Virus record (IMG/VR): IMGVR_UViG_3300033075_001605
Source: a virus
DNA: 51,741 nt
Reading direction: 5' to 3' (one strand)
How positions within the stretch are numbered: position 1 is the stretch's first letter; every line of letters begins with the position of its first letter. A model generated the notes under the pieces. That model searched no databases. It was not told where the DNA came from and saw nothing but the letters and a program-made list of their open reading frames with translations. Both the position numbers and the translations under genes were made by a program. Shown in pieces: positions 51,633 to 51,741 of this stretch.

Positions 51633-51741
51633 GCTGGGTCAACGAGGTGCGAAAGAACGTAGCCTGGCGCACCGTCAGGCATCGCGAGCACGAGCGTGAA
51701 GGTCCGAGGCTCCTCAGGCGTTTTCTCGGATCCCGGCACCG

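Noticed and set aside
1-51741. tRNA, rRNA or tmRNA genes
   Set aside because: Intergenic regions are mostly under 100 bp. The larger gaps (10862-11072, 11322-11536, 24112-24340, 26325-26637, 41074-41245) showed no cloverleaf-compatible GTGGNTAG...GGTTCGAATCC-type signatures by eye. This cannot be excluded without tRNAscan.

Overview
This window is dense, prokaryote-style coding DNA that looks like part of a large (jumbo-type) bacteriophage or a similar mobile genome; the phage assignment is an inference. Coding density is near-continuous, GTG and TTG starts are used, many genes overlap by 4 nt (ATGA/GTGA), and a T4-like gene set (Rnl2-type RNA ligase, 5'-3' exonuclease, NUDIX hydrolases) sits among dozens of orphan ORFs. 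From 0 to 30 kb the genes are mostly on the plus strand. They encode nucleic-acid and nucleotide enzymes: a KxDG ligase-like nucleotidyltransferase, an NMNAT-like HxGH nucleotidyltransferase, two NUDIX hydrolases, an Rnl2-like RNA ligase, a Thg1-like 3'-5' nucleotidyltransferase, a FEN-type 5'-3' exonuclease, a UDPGP-family pyrophosphorylase, an HhH-GPD glycosylase, a minimal class-II aaRS-like core and an AAA+ ATPase. This block also carries isocitrate lyase, an FkbM methyltransferase, a secreted trypsin-like protease and GroEL. From 30 to 51.7 kb the genes are mostly on the minus strand. This block includes IF-1, a lambda-PPase-like phosphatase, methionine aminopeptidase and a Pol-beta-type nucleotidyltransferase. 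The most striking items are a full-length major vault protein (MVP) homolog, a family of roughly 40 small paralogous proteins flanking it, and a conserved N-terminal LxxLIRE-type motif shared by at least eight unrelated proteins. The family members share an N-terminal xPGDLV motif, a GIVV core and a Trp-rich C-terminus. They sit in tandem, translationally coupled arrays on both sides of the MVP gene and are scattered elsewhere. The shared N-terminal motif has a [LIV]-x-E pattern that resembles T4 capsid-targeting and prohead-protease sites. Composition is heterogeneous, with GC-rich islands at about 11.4-13.2 kb, over the MVP gene and at 48.7-51.7 kb. I identified no rRNA, tRNA or CRISPR array by eye. 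All functional calls come from motif recognition in the translated ORFs, with no database searches.
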